A stretch of DNA of 64,000 nucleotides from the NCBI GenBank assembly GCA_027331445.1, contig DAHWUD010000002.1:13018-77017 (forward strand), given 5' to 3'. The notes beneath the pieces were generated by a model, which worked only from the letters and a program-made list of their open reading frames with translations, was not told where the DNA came from and did not search any database. The position numbers and the translations under genes were made by a program. Below, piece by piece: positions 9,499 through 20,670 of the stretch; the stretch's first letter is position 1; every line of letters begins with the position of its first letter. This DNA comes from Candidatus Amesbacteria bacterium. Its GTDB lineage: Bacteria > Patescibacteriota > Microgenomatia > CAZETR01 > Amesbacteraceae.

Positions 9499-10929
9499 TT
9501 ATTCAAAAGCGTGCACATTTACCCCAGATTTCCAATCTATCTCTGGACAACGGTGCAAAATCTTAACAATCTCAACTTTCATTCGGTCGTATTGCTCCTG
9601 AGTCTTCCCCTCAAATTTAATTGTTATATAGGGACCATTTTGACTCGCTCTCACAACCACCATCTCTTCTTTTGTATCAGCCCTAATCCCATCATTTTCT
9701 AAATATTCCGCGTCTGGCAATAGCCGCTTTATATCAGGAGAAATCTTTTCCGAAATCAGTTTAATTTTCAAATCATCGGCCAAACCCAATTTTATCTCTG
9801 GGCTAGATATGTACCTTGGAAGTTGATTCACCGCCTGTTTCAAAGACAACCCGGTCCTCTTAAGAAAATTCAGCAATCTTAAGGTGGCAAACGCTCCATC
9901 ATCATGACCATAAAAATTATCCATAAAGAAAAAATGTCCAGATAGCTCACCACCAAAAGGTGCCCGCACCTCTTTAACCTTAGCCTTAATAAAACTATGG
10001 CCAACAAGCCACATTACCGGCTTTCCTCCCGCTGCCACAATCGTGTCCGAAGTCCCCTTTGAACACAAAGTATTAATTACAATTGGACTTCCTGGTAAAT
10101 AATGCAAAATATCCTGAGCATACAAACATAACAGCACATCATTCCAAATTGGACGACCATCTTCATCAACAATACCCAGTCTGTCCCCATCTGCATCATA
10201 GGTTAGCCCCATATCTGCCTTCGCAGCAATAACCCCTTTTGCCAGTCTGTCCATCACTTCTTTTTCCGTCGGGTCTGGAGTACCCATTGGAAAACTTCCA
10301 TCCAAATTTGTATTTTGTTCCACTACCTCACATCCAGATTCGCGCAATATCTCTGGTAAAAACTTTCCTGTAGTAGCACAAGAAGAATCCACTACTACCT
10401 TCAACTTCATATCATGAATGGGTAACTTATCAAACAAATCTTTTTTGTAAACTGGGAATACATCGTCTTCCAATAAAATCCCTTTCCGACCCCAATCTTT
10501 AAACTCACCCTTATCAGCAATTTGCCTTACTTCTTGGATTTCATCTGACAACATCGTATCAGAAAATCCCACAGCCAACTTCAAGCCATTGAACTCTCTG
10601 GGGTTATGAGATGCAGTAATCATTGCTCCACCTTTACTTAAATAATGATATTGAGCGAAATACATGATCTGCGACAAAGAAAGACCAAAATCAGTTACAT
10701 CAATTCCCGATTCTAATAGTGCCTCCACAAATGCTTTTTTGTATATCTCCGAAGTCTCTCTAATATCCATCCCCACAACACAAGTCCGAATCTGCCTCCT
10801 GTACAAAAAAGTCGCGTAAGCCTTTCCTAAGGTGTAGTAGACATCCTCCGAAAGATCCTGATCCACCACCCCCCTTATATCGTATCCCCTAAAAATTTGC
10901 TTGTTCACAGAAACTATCTTATGCGGCAT
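9499..10929 (-). CDS. Phosphomannomutase/phosphoglucomutase
   Basis: FRGYDIRG, ITASHNP, DADGDR, GELSGH. Confidence 0.96.
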   Translation of the reverse strand: MPHKIVSVNKQIFRGYDIRGVVDQDLSEDVYYTLGKAYATFLYRRQIRTCVVGMDIRETSEIYKKAFVEALLESGIDVTDFGLSLSQIMYFAQYHYLSKGGAMITASHNPREFNGLKLAVGFSDTMLSDEIQEVRQIADKGEFKDWGRKGILLEDDVFPVYKKDLFDKLPIHDMKLKVVVDSSCATTGKFLPEILRESGCEVVEQNTNLDGSFPMGTPDPTEKEVMDRLAKGVIAAKADMGLTYDADGDRLGIVDEDGRPIWNDVLLCLYAQDILHYLPGSPIVINTLCSKGTSDTIVAAGGKPVMWLVGHSFIKAKVKEVRAPFGGELSGHFFFMDNFYGHDDGAFATLRLLNFLKRTGLSLKQAVNQLPRYISSPEIKLGLADDLKIKLISEKISPDIKRLLPDAEYLENDGIRADTKEEMVVVRASQNGPYITIKFEGKTQEQYDRMKVEIVKILHRCPEIDWKSGVNVHAFE

Positions 10930-10936
10930 TACTCCC

Positions 10937-11391
10937 TTATTTTACCAAAAACCGAAGCTGTAAGTCCACCGCCTTGGATATGCCCACCTTTTTATCACCA
11001 CAAACTCCTTCTTCTCCCCCTACTCAATTACTATTGGCCCAACTGTTACATCCGCCCCATTCAGCTTCCCCGCAATCCCGAAATACTTTGCCACCCTCCC
11101 TGGTCCCGACGCTCCCTCCACCCCTCGAATTAATACGCACCCGGCCTTCCTTGGCTTCTCCGCCGTCACATTAAAGCACCAGTGAATTCCGTAATCCTAA
11201 AATACATACACAATCCCTCCCCGCCCGTAAAACAACTGCTCGTTATGGCTAGCCGGATCCTCCTTCCCCAAATATGGCTCCGTCCCCGTGATCACTTTTC
11301 TTTTATCTTTAACCACTAAATATTTTCCCAATAGCTCCTGCGCCACCGTCACCGCGTCCCGGTCATAAAATTCTCTGGGCAATATTTTCAT
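10937..11391 (-). pseudogene. DNA-3-methyladenine glycosylase (MPG/AAG) pseudogene
   Basis: MPG motifs continue past in-frame TAG at 11197-11199 (YVF*DYGIHWCFNV..VLIRG..GPG) and at 11020-11022, then a frameshift to VGISKAVDLQLRF. Confidence 0.85.
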
Positions 11392-12371
11392 TTCAGATAT
11401 TTCCCGAAAAACTCTATATCAGCGGCCACGGCCCTGTCCCAGCCCGGAGTCATGTTATGGTCCGCGCCCGGGTACACCTCATAAGTAGCGTCTTTATTTA
11501 ACTTCTTTAATTGACTAAACAAGCTGTCGCTCCATGCCTGTGGTACCGAAGCATCAGCGCTTCCCTGCTGCAAAAACAATGTTGCCTGAATTCTCTCCAG
11601 ATGATCGGACAGGGAAAAAGCCCGCAGATTATAATCGCTTTCCAGCCTCTGGACTTCTTTACGCAGAGCCACGCCTTCATCTGCATTATCGTTGGTGTAA
11701 TACAGTACTGAGTACGGGAAATATATCGAAACCGGAGCCCATACCACCGTTGGATAATTTTTCTGCGTAATTTCCAGCACTGTCAGTGCAATCTGTCCCC
11801 CGTTACTGTGACCCCAAATCCCCACTTTTCCGTTCGCGTAATTCCACTTATCTACGGCTGCCAGCAAATTAATCGCCGTCGTATAAGATTCGAACCGCTC
11901 TGTCCAGGCGTCAGTCGAAGCCGGGTCTGATCCGCCGTAGCCCAAAAAATCCGGTGCCAGGGAAATATACCCCTCCTGGGCAAACTTCTCCGCCGTATGG
12001 TCCGTCCCATACCCGGGATAATAGACCGATTTATCGGCATATCCCCGGTATTGCACAATTACCGGGCATTTATTTTGCGTGTCGCACCCTACCGGGATAT
12101 GCGCCAGCCCCGTTACCTTTTTTCCGTCGCTCTCAAAATCAAACGTATATACACCGTATTTATTGGTTTTAACTTTCAGCTCATCAATATTTATTTGACT
12201 GCCGGTATACTGCCTGTTACCCAAATTAACTATTGTATATTTTAAATACTTAAAATCTTTTGGCTGAGTAATCTTTATTTCAGATATCTGCTTACTCCAC
12301 CATACCCTAATCCCATACTCCACTCCCAAACCCAAAACAATAACCAAGACGACCCCCACCCACCTCTTCAT
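11388..12371 (-). CDS. Membrane-anchored alpha/beta hydrolase (S9-like)
   Basis: PDFLGYGGSD, nucleophile GHSNGG, C-terminal D..V and GADH. Confidence 0.88.
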   Translation of the reverse strand: MKRWVGVVLVIVLGLGVEYGIRVWWSKQISEIKITQPKDFKYLKYTIVNLGNRQYTGSQINIDELKVKTNKYGVYTFDFESDGKKVTGLAHIPVGCDTQNKCPVIVQYRGYADKSVYYPGYGTDHTAEKFAQEGYISLAPDFLGYGGSDPASTDAWTERFESYTTAINLLAAVDKWNYANGKVGIWGHSNGGQIALTVLEITQKNYPTVVWAPVSIYFPYSVLYYTNDNADEGVALRKEVQRLESDYNLRAFSLSDHLERIQATLFLQQGSADASVPQAWSDSLFSQLKKLNKDATYEVYPGADHNMTPGWDRAVAADIEFFGKYLK

Positions 12372-12403
12372 CCCTCCAGTTTACACCAACAAAAAAGCGC
12401 ATT

Positions 12404-12525
12404 GTTCTCGGCCATGACCTATCTTCACGGATCCGCGAGGATCAGCTATTGTCAGCGCTGGCGCGTTTTACGGTTCTGTTCGGAATGGGAAGAGGTAGTT
12501 CCACGCCGCTCAGATGACCGAGAAC
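12404..12525 (-). rRNA. rrf: 5S rRNA
   Basis: Conserved CCCATTCCGAAC core on the minus strand; complementary termini; ends approximate. Confidence 0.93.
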
Positions 12526-12904
12526 AATGCGCTCTTAATAAATTTTTAAAAGGTAGTTGTACCTTTAAAGGTGAAGAGAATAAGTAGTAGAAATAGTATG
12601 AAACTTCGATAGACCATTAGTACTGGTAAGCTCAACGCCTTACGACGCTTACACTGCCAGCCTCTTATACGGAGTAGTCTGCTCCGGGTCTTCGTCACCC
12701 TTGCGGGCAACAGAGTTTCTCATCTTGGGTAGGGTTTCCCACTTAGATGCTTTCAGCGGTTATCCCGTAGACACTTAGCTACCCGGCGATGCAACTGACG
12801 TTACAACCGGCACACCAGCGGTGTCTCCAACCTGGTCCTCTCGTACTGAGGTCGGACTCCCTCAAAAACTCCACGACTCTACTGGATAGAGACCGAACTG
12901 TCTC

Positions 12905-13671
12905 CATACTATAGGATAATATCCTATGAAAAGTTTCTGTTCTTTTCGTTCCACTATTTCTAATGGTACTGACTATATCTTCATCCCACATAATGCAGGA
13001 GCTGGCGTATTATAGGCTCCATTAAGGTCTGCCTATCTCACTACATCCAATCTTATGGACTGATGTAGATCAGTCGATACGGGGACAGAAGTGTTTGATT
13101 GTAAAAAATTTCTAAGCTGCAAAACTGTGTTTGTCCTCCTTTTGGAATAATTTAACTTTCCAAACCTATCCACTTCCTTTGCAATTCTTATCAAATCGCT
13201 TTTAGAAAACGAATTAAGACATTCGAGTTCTGTGGCAATCTTTATTGCCAACTTAGCTTGTCTTTTTTTAAGGATTAAATATGGTTCGACTTCTTCTAAA
13301 ACAGTTTTTACCTGTCTCAGACCAACAATTGTATATTCAGAAATGCCATCATTTCTGTCTCTAAGATATCCGGCTCGTAATTTATGTTTCAGCCATCTCA
13401 GTATTTTACTTTGAGAGGTTTTTTGATAAAACACAACACTCGCACGTATTTGATATCCAAGTTTATAGCCTTTCCGAAATACTAATTGAAAAAATATTGA
13501 ACCATCTCCGTCCAAAAAACCAGCTATATATGCTTTAGTTTTTTCAACCATAACACCTCGTCTTCCCACGGTATTGCCTTCTTGACGTTCGGTTATAATC
13601 AAGGAAGGTTTCACCGTTATTAGCCAAATTTAACATTGATGTTACCATCAAAGGTCGCAAGACTCAAGTTT
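12905..13671 (-). mobile_element. Group I intron at 23S position L2593 (E. coli numbering)
   Basis: Exon ...AGAACGTCGT | 767 nt | GAGACAGTTCGG; 5' exon ends in U, intron ends in G; carries a LAGLIDADG ORF. Confidence 0.93.
13033..13551 (-). CDS. Single-motif LAGLIDADG homing endonuclease (I-CreI/I-MsoI-like)
   Basis: YIAGFLDGDGSI, FYQKT, GYLRDR, PYLILKKRQA; start chosen at ATG 13551. Confidence 0.93.
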   Translation of the reverse strand: MVEKTKAYIAGFLDGDGSIFFQLVFRKGYKLGYQIRASVVFYQKTSQSKILRWLKHKLRAGYLRDRNDGISEYTIVGLRQVKTVLEEVEPYLILKKRQAKLAIKIATELECLNSFSKSDLIRIAKEVDRFGKLNYSKRRTNTVLQLRNFLQSNTSVPVSTDLHQSIRLDVVR

Positions 13672-15768
13672 ACGACGTTCTGAACCCAGCTCGCGTGCCC
13701 TTTTAACCGGCGAACAGCCGGACCCTTGGAAGGTACTGCCCCTCCAGGATAGGACGAGCCGACATCGAGGTGCCAAACCGCCGCGTCGATATGGACTCTT
13801 GGCGGCGATCAGCCTGTTATCCCTAGGGTAGCTTATATCCGTTAAGCTCGCTACCACCCACGTGGTATGCGAGGATCACTACGACCAACTTTCGTTTCTG
13901 CTCGAGCTGTCACTCTCGCAGTCAAGCGCACTTATGCCGTTACACGACCTGCTCGATTTCCATCCGAGCTTAGTGCACCTTAGTACTCCTGCGTTACTCT
14001 TTAGCAGGATACCTCCCCAGTAAAACTGCCAGCCAGACCTTTTCTCCTCCGGCGTTTCCAGCCGGACTAGGTTAGTTTTGAGATTCCAAAACGAGAGGTG
14101 TTTCAAGTTCGCCCGAAGGCTCCCTCCTACACTAAACTATTCCAAAATCCAAAACAGGGCCTGGGTACAGTAAAGCTCCATAGGGTCTTTTTGTCCTAGT
14201 AGAGTTAGGCCGCATCTTCACAGCCATTTCAATTTCGCCGGGTGATAGTTCAAGACAGTTATTCCCTCGTTAAACCTTTCGTGCGGGTCGGAACTTGCCC
14301 GACAAGGTACTTCGCTACCATAGAACAGTTATAGTTACTGCTGCCGTTCACTCGGGCTTCATTTCAGGGCTTGCACCCATCCACTTAACTTACGAGCACT
14401 GGGCAGGTATCAGCCCGTATACTTTCTCTTTCGAGTTTGCACGGACCTGTGTTTTAGTTAAACAGTCGAGGAATAAGCTTTTGTTGTAGGCCAGATAAAC
14501 TGGTCAGGACATCTTGCGAACTTACGTCCAGCTTTTTTGCCGAGTTCCTTGAACTACCTTCTCCCGATCGCCTTGGTCTTCTCGACCACCCCACCAGTGT
14601 CGGTTTGCGGTACGGCATAATAAAAGTCTCACTACGAATCTTTTCTCGAAAACAAAAGATCATCGGATTGCCAACTAATTTCTCAGCCGGCTCTACATAA
14701 CAGCTCAATTAAACGCCATGGTGGATTTTCCAACCACAACTGTCTTGCTGCTTACACGTTCTATATCACAAAAACGCCCGACTACTCTCATTCTGTCCAT
14801 CCCTAGTTAATAACGACTCTTACTATGTAGCCGAATTTCTACGGCTCGTCCATCGACTACGCCTCCTAGGGCCTCGTCTTAGGTGCCGACTCACCCTGGG
14901 ACAAACAATGTCGCCCAGGAAACCTTGGGGCTTCGGCGCTACAGATTCTCACTATAGTTACGCTACTCATTCCGGCATTCTCACTTGAAACCACTCCACA
15001 CCACCTCACGGTGATGATTCACGGTTGTTTCAACGCTCCCCTACCAATTATTTCGATGTAAACATCAAAATAAGTTTGCGTCTTCGGCAAAAGGCTTCAG
15101 CCTCGGTACATTTTCCGCGCCAAATTCCAGATCGACCAGTGAGCTGTTACGCTTTCTTTAAAGGATGGCTGCTTCTGAGCCAACCTCCTGGCTGTCTGAG
15201 GAATTTGACTACGTTCAACACTAAGCCTTTATTTAGAGGCCTTAGACGACAATCTGGGTTGTTTCCCTTTAGACCGGTCCGCTTAGCCGGATCGGGCTGA
15301 CTCCTCTGGTACGCAGTTAGCATTCGGAGTTTGATTAGAAGCTGTGCCTTGCGACACAACTCCCATCCAGTGCTCTACCTCTAACTGTAATCCAGAAGGC
15401 TATACCTATATATATTTCGGGGAGAGCCAGCTATCTCCTGGTTCGATTGGCATATTACCCCTAATCACAAGTCATCTCACAGGTTTGCAGTCCTGAAGAG
15501 TGCGGGCCTCCTCCCGGCTTTCGTCGGGGCTCACCCTGCTCATGATTAGCTCACCAGGTTTCGGGTCTTCCAACTGCTACTAAACGCCCTTTTAAGACTC
15601 GCTTTCGCTATGCCTACCCCCGCTTAGCGGGGTTAAGCTTGCAGCAATCGAAAACTCGCCGGATCATTCTTCAATAGGCACGACGTCATCCTGAGATCTT
15701 GCGACCAAAGGACTCCGTCTGCTTGACAGCAGACAATTTCAGGTACTATTTCACTAGGTTTTTAACCC

Positions 15769-15809
<41 letters not shown>

Positions 15810-16380
15810 ATCCACAAGTATTTAGTCTTGGAGAGTGGTCTCCCCGGATTCCCACAAGGTATTTGCCTCATGGTACTTGGGAACAAATTAGGGGGAACAC
15901 GGTTTTCACATACACGGCTATCACGTTCTTCGGCCTGCCATTCCGGGCAGTTCTGTTAACCATATTCCGTCCCACGTTATCTGCCCCGCAACCCCTCAGC
16001 CTTGCGACCAAGGTTTAGACTGTTCCGCTTTCGCTCACCGCTTACTCACGGAATCTCTTTGATTTATTTTCCTGCTCCTACTTAGATGTTTCAGTTCAGA
16101 GCGTGCCCTCCCCGCCATAGGCGGGGTCCTTAAAAAAGGGGGTTTCCCCATTCGGACACCGCTGGATCAAAGCTTCTTGACAGCTCCCCAACGACTATCG
16201 TGGTCAAGTACGTCCTTCTTCGGCCTGTGTATCCTAGGCATCCATTGTCTGCTTTACGGAAGTAAACATACGACTCTACTACATAATTCTCTTCACTTTT
16301 TAAGGTACAACTGGCCGCTTGAAAGCTGATCTCGATCCCCCCCGAAAGAGGAATCGGGACCAACTTTCAAAAGTAAATTG

Positions 16381-16453
16381 TGGACCGCAGGAGGGTCGAA
16401 CTCCTCACCTCAGCATTGCAAATGCTGCGCTCTACCAGATGAGCTAGCGGCCC
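16381..16453 (-). tRNA. tRNA-Ala(TGC)
   Basis: Cloverleaf GGGCCGC..., G3:U70, anticodon arm CAGCA-TTTGCAA-TGCTG. Confidence 0.95.
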
Positions 16454-16480
16454 GAGTTCTGCAGTCCTTAATTTTCAACT

Positions 16481-16504
16481 AAAAAAGCCTTCTTTCGAAG
16501 GCTT
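16481..16504 (-). terminator. Terminator-like hairpin upstream of tRNA-Ala
   Basis: GCCTTC-GAAA-GAAGGC followed by T6 on the minus strand. Confidence 0.55.
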
Positions 16505-16599
16505 CATGATCGGCTTCCCACCAAGGCTAGTTCAGCCTTGTATTAGTGAGTGTATAAAGCCACGTTTTCATGAAATATATGCCCTCAAAAGGTATCCCC

Positions 16600-16628
16600 A
16601 TACTAACCCATGCCTCCTGCCTTGTCAA
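16600..16628 (-). promoter_or_regulatory. Sigma70 promoter upstream of tRNA-Ala-23S-5S
   Basis: TTGACA-17 nt-TAGTAT on the minus strand. Confidence 0.7.
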
Positions 16629-16679
16629 CTCCCTCGTTTCCCTCAGTGATTTTTAAGAATTTAATGCTACACTTAGTCC

Positions 16680-16827
16680 ATGTCCAAACTACTTACCAGA
16701 CCGTTTCTCCCTCTACCCAGTTCACCAACCGTATAGGGAAGACGGTAGGTAGCGGGCAAACACAGTTTGTTCGTTGCTTTACAATTCATACAACGAGGCC
16801 AAAACCCCGTCGCGAGACGGGGTTTTT
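16680..16827 (+). ncRNA. Candidate structured small RNA or leaderless 18-aa ORF transcript
   Basis: TG-n-TACACT at 16665-16673, long hairpin 16682-16757, second hairpin about 16770-16797, terminator 16801-16827. Confidence 0.4.
16801..16827. terminator. Bidirectional intrinsic terminator
   Basis: AAAACCCCGTC-GCGA-GACGGGGTTTTT downstream of the ABC permease. Confidence 0.8.
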
Positions 16828-16845
16828 AGTCCTGCTTTAGCCGAA

Positions 16846-18075
16846 TTATTCCCACCTTAAAGCTGTGATCGGATCCAGCTTCGCCGCCCGCATCGCCGGC
16901 GCGATTCCCGCCGTTACCCCCACCAGGCACGAAATTCCAAACGCCAACACGACCGACCCCGGTGTCACCGCTGTCGAAATAAACCGGCTTAGAAGCCATG
17001 CCAGACCTCCTCCCAGCAAAATCCCTATCATACCGCCCAAAACCGACAGCAATATTGCCTCCAGCAAAAACTGCGTCAGGATATCCCGATAAGTCGCCCC
17101 CACAGCCTTACGGAGGCCGATCTCCCGCGTCCGCTCCGTCACCGACACCAGCATGATATTGGCAATCCCAATTCCTCCCACCACCAGGGAAATGGCCGCG
17201 ATCCCCGACAGCGCCCCCGTAATCGTCCCCAAAACCGAATTAATAGTCGACAAAATCTGGGTCGGTTCTAAAACCGTGAAGTCGTCATTGGTGAGCTTCT
17301 TTCTGTAAAGGTAATTTTTAACTTTTGTGGCCGCCTGGGACATGGCATCCGGGCTTGTGGCAATCACAAAAATTTCCGCGGGGTTCTTAGCCCCGATCAG
17401 CTTTGCCGCCGCCGTCAGCGGTACAAACACAATGCTGTCCTGGTCTCCGCCGCCTCCAAACCCTCCGCCTTTGGAAACTGTAACTCCTATTACCTTAAAT
17501 TTTCTCCCTGAAATATCAATCTCCCGGCCCAACGGATCTTCACCGGCTGCAAACAGATTCTCCACCACTTTGGGGCCGATCACCGCCACCGCCTGAGATC
17601 TTTCCACCATCGGCCGATTGATCATCGTCCCGCTGGTCAACTCCAGGTTCATCACCTGCTTTATGTTTTCATCCACCCCGTCCAACGTCGCGTCGTAAGT
17701 CTTGTTCCTATACTTGACGGTTATGCTCTTGGTCACTGCCGAGCTAGCCGCCGAAATCGGATCCCCCAGCCGCCCGATATTCTGCACATCCTCAAACGTA
17801 AACTTGGACGTGAACCCGCCCGCAAACGCCGACCGCGCTCCTCCTCCGCCCCCGCCGCCCCCGCCCAGATTTACTTTCCCGGGCACCACAAACAGCACAT
17901 TTGAACCCAACTGTTTAAATTGCTCGGTAATATAAGCCTGCAGACCGTTGCCGATCGACACTAAAAGTATTACCGACGCCACACCGATAATAATTCCCAA
18001 TGCCGTGAGAAACGACCGGGTTTTATTCACCCGGACCGCCATCGTGGCCGTCCTGAAAAGTTCAATCGTGTCCAT
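16846..18075 (-). CDS. MacB/FtsX-family ABC transporter permease
   Basis: [56 protein letters not shown]. Confidence 0.95.
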   Translation of the reverse strand: MDTIELFRTATMAVRVNKTRSFLTALGIIIGVASVILLVSIGNGLQAYITEQFKQLGSNVLFVVPGKVNLGGGGGGGGGARSAFAGGFTSKFTFEDVQNIGRLGDPISAASSAVTKSITVKYRNKTYDATLDGVDENIKQVMNLELTSGTMINRPMVERSQAVAVIGPKVVENLFAAGEDPLGREIDISGRKFKVIGVTVSKGGGFGGGGDQDSIVFVPLTAAAKLIGAKNPAEIFVIATSPDAMSQAATKVKNYLYRKKLTNDDFTVLEPTQILSTINSVLGTITGALSGIAAISLVVGGIGIANIMLVSVTERTREIGLRKAVGATYRDILTQFLLEAILLSVLGGMIGILLGGGLAWLLSRFISTAVTPGSVVLAFGISCLVGVTAGIAPAMRAAKLDPITALRWE

Positions 18076-18796
18076 TTTTTCCTCCCGTATCTTTAACTAT
18101 TTGTCCGTCTTTAATCACAATCTGCCGGTCCGCTTGACCTGCCAAATCTGGGTTATGCGTCACCAATACGAGTGTCACTCCCCGTTCATGCAGGTCCTCA
18201 AACAGTTTCATGATCTCAATTCCGGATTTGGTATCCAGGTTTCCCGTCGGTTCATCTGCCAGAAGTAGCGACGGATTGGTCACCAAAGCCCGGGCGATAG
18301 CTACGCGCTGCTGCTGCCCGCCGGACAATTGCGACGGTTTGTTGTTCAACCGGTCCCCCAGCCCTACCGCCCCCAGTTCTTTCTTAGCCCGGTCGTGCCT
18401 TTCCCCTGCCCCCATCCCCCGGTACACGAGCGGCAGTTCCACATTCCGGATGGCCGGCGTTTTCGGCAGCAGGTTGAACTGCTGGAACACAAATCCGATC
18501 TTTTCATTGCGCAATCTGGCCAGTTGATCATCCTTTAAGTTCATAATTTCCGTCCCATCCACAAATATTTTTCCCTTACTCGGCCGGTCCAGCAGACCGA
18601 TGAGGTGTAAAAGTGTGGATTTTCCGCTTCCCGACGGCCCGGTTATTGCCACAAACTCTCCCTTGTGTATTTCAAAACTGGCTTCCGCCAGCGCCTCCAC
18701 CACCGTCCCCCCTTCATTGGGATTGCCGTACTCTTTCCCCACGTCCCGAAACTCAATAACTGGAGTTGCGCTATTTGTCATATACAAATTTCCCAC
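18062..18796 (-). CDS. MacB/LolD-type ABC ATPase
   Basis: [33 protein letters not shown]. Confidence 0.96.
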   Translation of the reverse strand: MGNLYMTNSATPVIEFRDVGKEYGNPNEGGTVVEALAEASFEIHKGEFVAITGPSGSGKSTLLHLIGLLDRPSKGKIFVDGTEIMNLKDDQLARLRNEKIGFVFQQFNLLPKTPAIRNVELPLVYRGMGAGERHDRAKKELGAVGLGDRLNNKPSQLSGGQQQRVAIARALVTNPSLLLADEPTGNLDTKSGIEIMKLFEDLHERGVTLVLVTHNPDLAGQADRQIVIKDGQIVKDTGGKNGHD

Positions 18797-18813
18797 TCTT
18801 AGATTAAGGGGTA

Positions 18814-19812
18814 TTACTTAATAACTACTTTATCCCCCTCATTAAGCCCGCCGGTTACCTGAATATCATTCACTCCCGCGAGCCCCGTTTCTATCGTCGC
18901 CGTTTTCCCGTTTGGCAGATTTACTACATTATCATTCACCGCCTCGATTGGCAGCGTCAATACGTTTTTTGCCGTCCCCAGGATTATGTCCGCATCTCCG
19001 TTCATACCGATTCTGAATTTGCTCTGAATAGGATCGGTCACCGCCATCTCTACCGGAAACACCGTCGCCCCTGTCGAAGAAATTTGCGTCACATAGCCGA
19101 TTCTTTGCACAGTCGCGTCAATCGTCTGCCCTGAAAATGCGTCCAGCGTCAGCCGCGCCGGCATCCCTACCTCCACCCCTCCGATATCTGTCTCGTCCAC
19201 CTCCGCTTCAAAGTGCAAACTGGCCGGATCCACCACGGTCGCTCCGTCAGTCACCCCCACCGTATCCCCCACGGCATTGGCAGTGATATTTGTCACTATC
19301 CCGTCAAAAGGGGCGTATAGCGTCGAGTTGTGCAGCGCTCGCTGCGCCTTCAGCCATACATCGTACGCTTCATCTCTGGCCGTTTGGGCGGCCACCCGGG
19401 CGTTCTTTTGGGCAAAAGTTTCATCGCTGTCATGACCTTTCACACTGTCCTCCACCTCTTTGGCGTTTGCATCCGCCGCCAGATACGCATAGTAATCGTC
19501 CCGCACCGCGGTTTCCAAATCTCCCGGATCCAAAGATAGCAGCGCCTGCCCTTTCTTGACGCTGTCCCCTTCTGCTACTCCCACGTAGGACAACTTTCCC
19601 GCCGCCGGGAACGTCAGAGTTGCCTCTTTATCCGAAACTATCTCCCCGGACACCGACAATACACTCTCAATATCCTTTCTGGTCACCTGGACGATTTTAA
19701 CCGCTGCTGCTGCTTTCCTGGCCGCCACGCCTGCCCGCCACCACCAAACCCCCAACCCGGCCAAAATCACGACGGCGATGATAATATTTCTTTTAGTCAG
19801 AAATTTCCGCAC
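18814..19812 (-). CDS. MacA/HlyD-family efflux adaptor subunit
   Basis: N-terminal [13 protein letters not shown] lipoyl half, [13 protein letters not shown]. Confidence 0.92.
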   Translation of the reverse strand: MRKFLTKRNIIIAVVILAGLGVWWWRAGVAARKAAAAVKIVQVTRKDIESVLSVSGEIVSDKEATLTFPAAGKLSYVGVAEGDSVKKGQALLSLDPGDLETAVRDDYYAYLAADANAKEVEDSVKGHDSDETFAQKNARVAAQTARDEAYDVWLKAQRALHNSTLYAPFDGIVTNITANAVGDTVGVTDGATVVDPASLHFEAEVDETDIGGVEVGMPARLTLDAFSGQTIDATVQRIGYVTQISSTGATVFPVEMAVTDPIQSKFRIGMNGDADIILGTAKNVLTLPIEAVNDNVVNLPNGKTATIETGLAGVNDIQVTGGLNEGDKVVIK

Positions 19813-19907
19813 AATACCCCCCCTTAGTATAGTTGAGCCCGTTCATTATATCCAATTACCGACCCTCGCTCAAATTCCCTCCCTAGGCTATAATTAAGCC
19901 CAAGCTT

Positions 19908-20029
19908 GGGTCGCAGGTATCAGCGGTAGAACGCTTTCCTAATCACGAACCCGATATAATCGGGTGAGAGATAGAGAAGCTTTTGGGGCAGGGGCCCCAA
20001 GTTGCTTCGATATAAGAAAGAAGTGCATG
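19908..20029 (+). pseudogene. Partial tRNA-Ile duplicate with a 71-nt structured insert at the anticodon
   Basis: 19920-19940 identical to 20061-20081; 20012-20029 identical to 20083-20100; insert at 19941-20011. Confidence 0.7.
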
Positions 20030-20049
20030 CTTTAAAATCGATTCCAAAT

Positions 20050-20124
20050 GGGCTGCTGGTTCAGCGGTAGAACGCTTTCCTGATAAGAAAGAAGTGCATG
20101 GTCCGACTCCATGGCAGCCCACCA
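20050..20124 (+). tRNA. tRNA-Ile(GAT)
   Basis: GGGCTGC acceptor, CTTTC-CTGATAA-GAAAG anticodon arm, encoded CCA. Confidence 0.93.
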
Positions 20125-20128
20125 CACC

Positions 20129-20329
20129 TCACTTTGACGTTCCTCTCATCTCTTCCAGTACCTCCATAACTCTATCCAATTCATAAGACCCAACTTCCCT
20201 ATATCTCCATTCCGGCAACGGCTGGACAAAATCCCAGATGACAGACAATATTTTATCCTCTTCAGTGGTCCCCAAAGCATCCTTTTTTCCCCGCTCACTT
20301 TCAGGAATCGGAAATCGTTTATAAATCAC
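20129..20329 (-). CDS. Hypothetical protein (possibly the 3' part of a frameshifted gene starting near 20471)
   Basis: Short ORF; upstream ATG-led ORF in another frame. Confidence 0.35.
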   Translation of the reverse strand: MIYKRFPIPESERGKKDALGTTEEDKILSVIWDFVQPLPEWRYREVGSYELDRVMEVLEEMRGTSK

Positions 20330-20463
20330 TGGTCGTTCCTTAGTTATATCAATCCGGTAAATATCCTTATTCTCTATCCTGCAAGAACACCTCTAATTCC
20401 CGGCGCAGGCTCTCCGAGTTTATTTCTTCCCCTCGCCCGGCCAACTCTTGTCCGGGTACTACA

Positions 20464-20670
20464 TCAGTCATGAACCCCCCTTTTCAAATCCCCTATTTCC
20501 TTCTCCAACCCTCTAATCATGTCCCGCAGGACCATAATTTGCGTATATTTTAGTTCAGACAGTGAATTCTCGTGTCTCACCCCATGAAAGTACTTCATCT
20601 TTTCCGCCAAATCCGCCGCGTACTTCGCTCTTTTTTCTTGCAGCTCATCTAACTTTTGTTTTTTGTCCAC
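20464..20670 (-). CDS. Small coiled-coil hypothetical protein
   Basis: Helical, charged 68-aa ORF overlapping the upstream gene. Confidence 0.6.
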   Translation of the reverse strand: MDKKQKLDELQEKRAKYAADLAEKMKYFHGVRHENSLSELKYTQIMVLRDMIRGLEKEIGDLKRGVHD

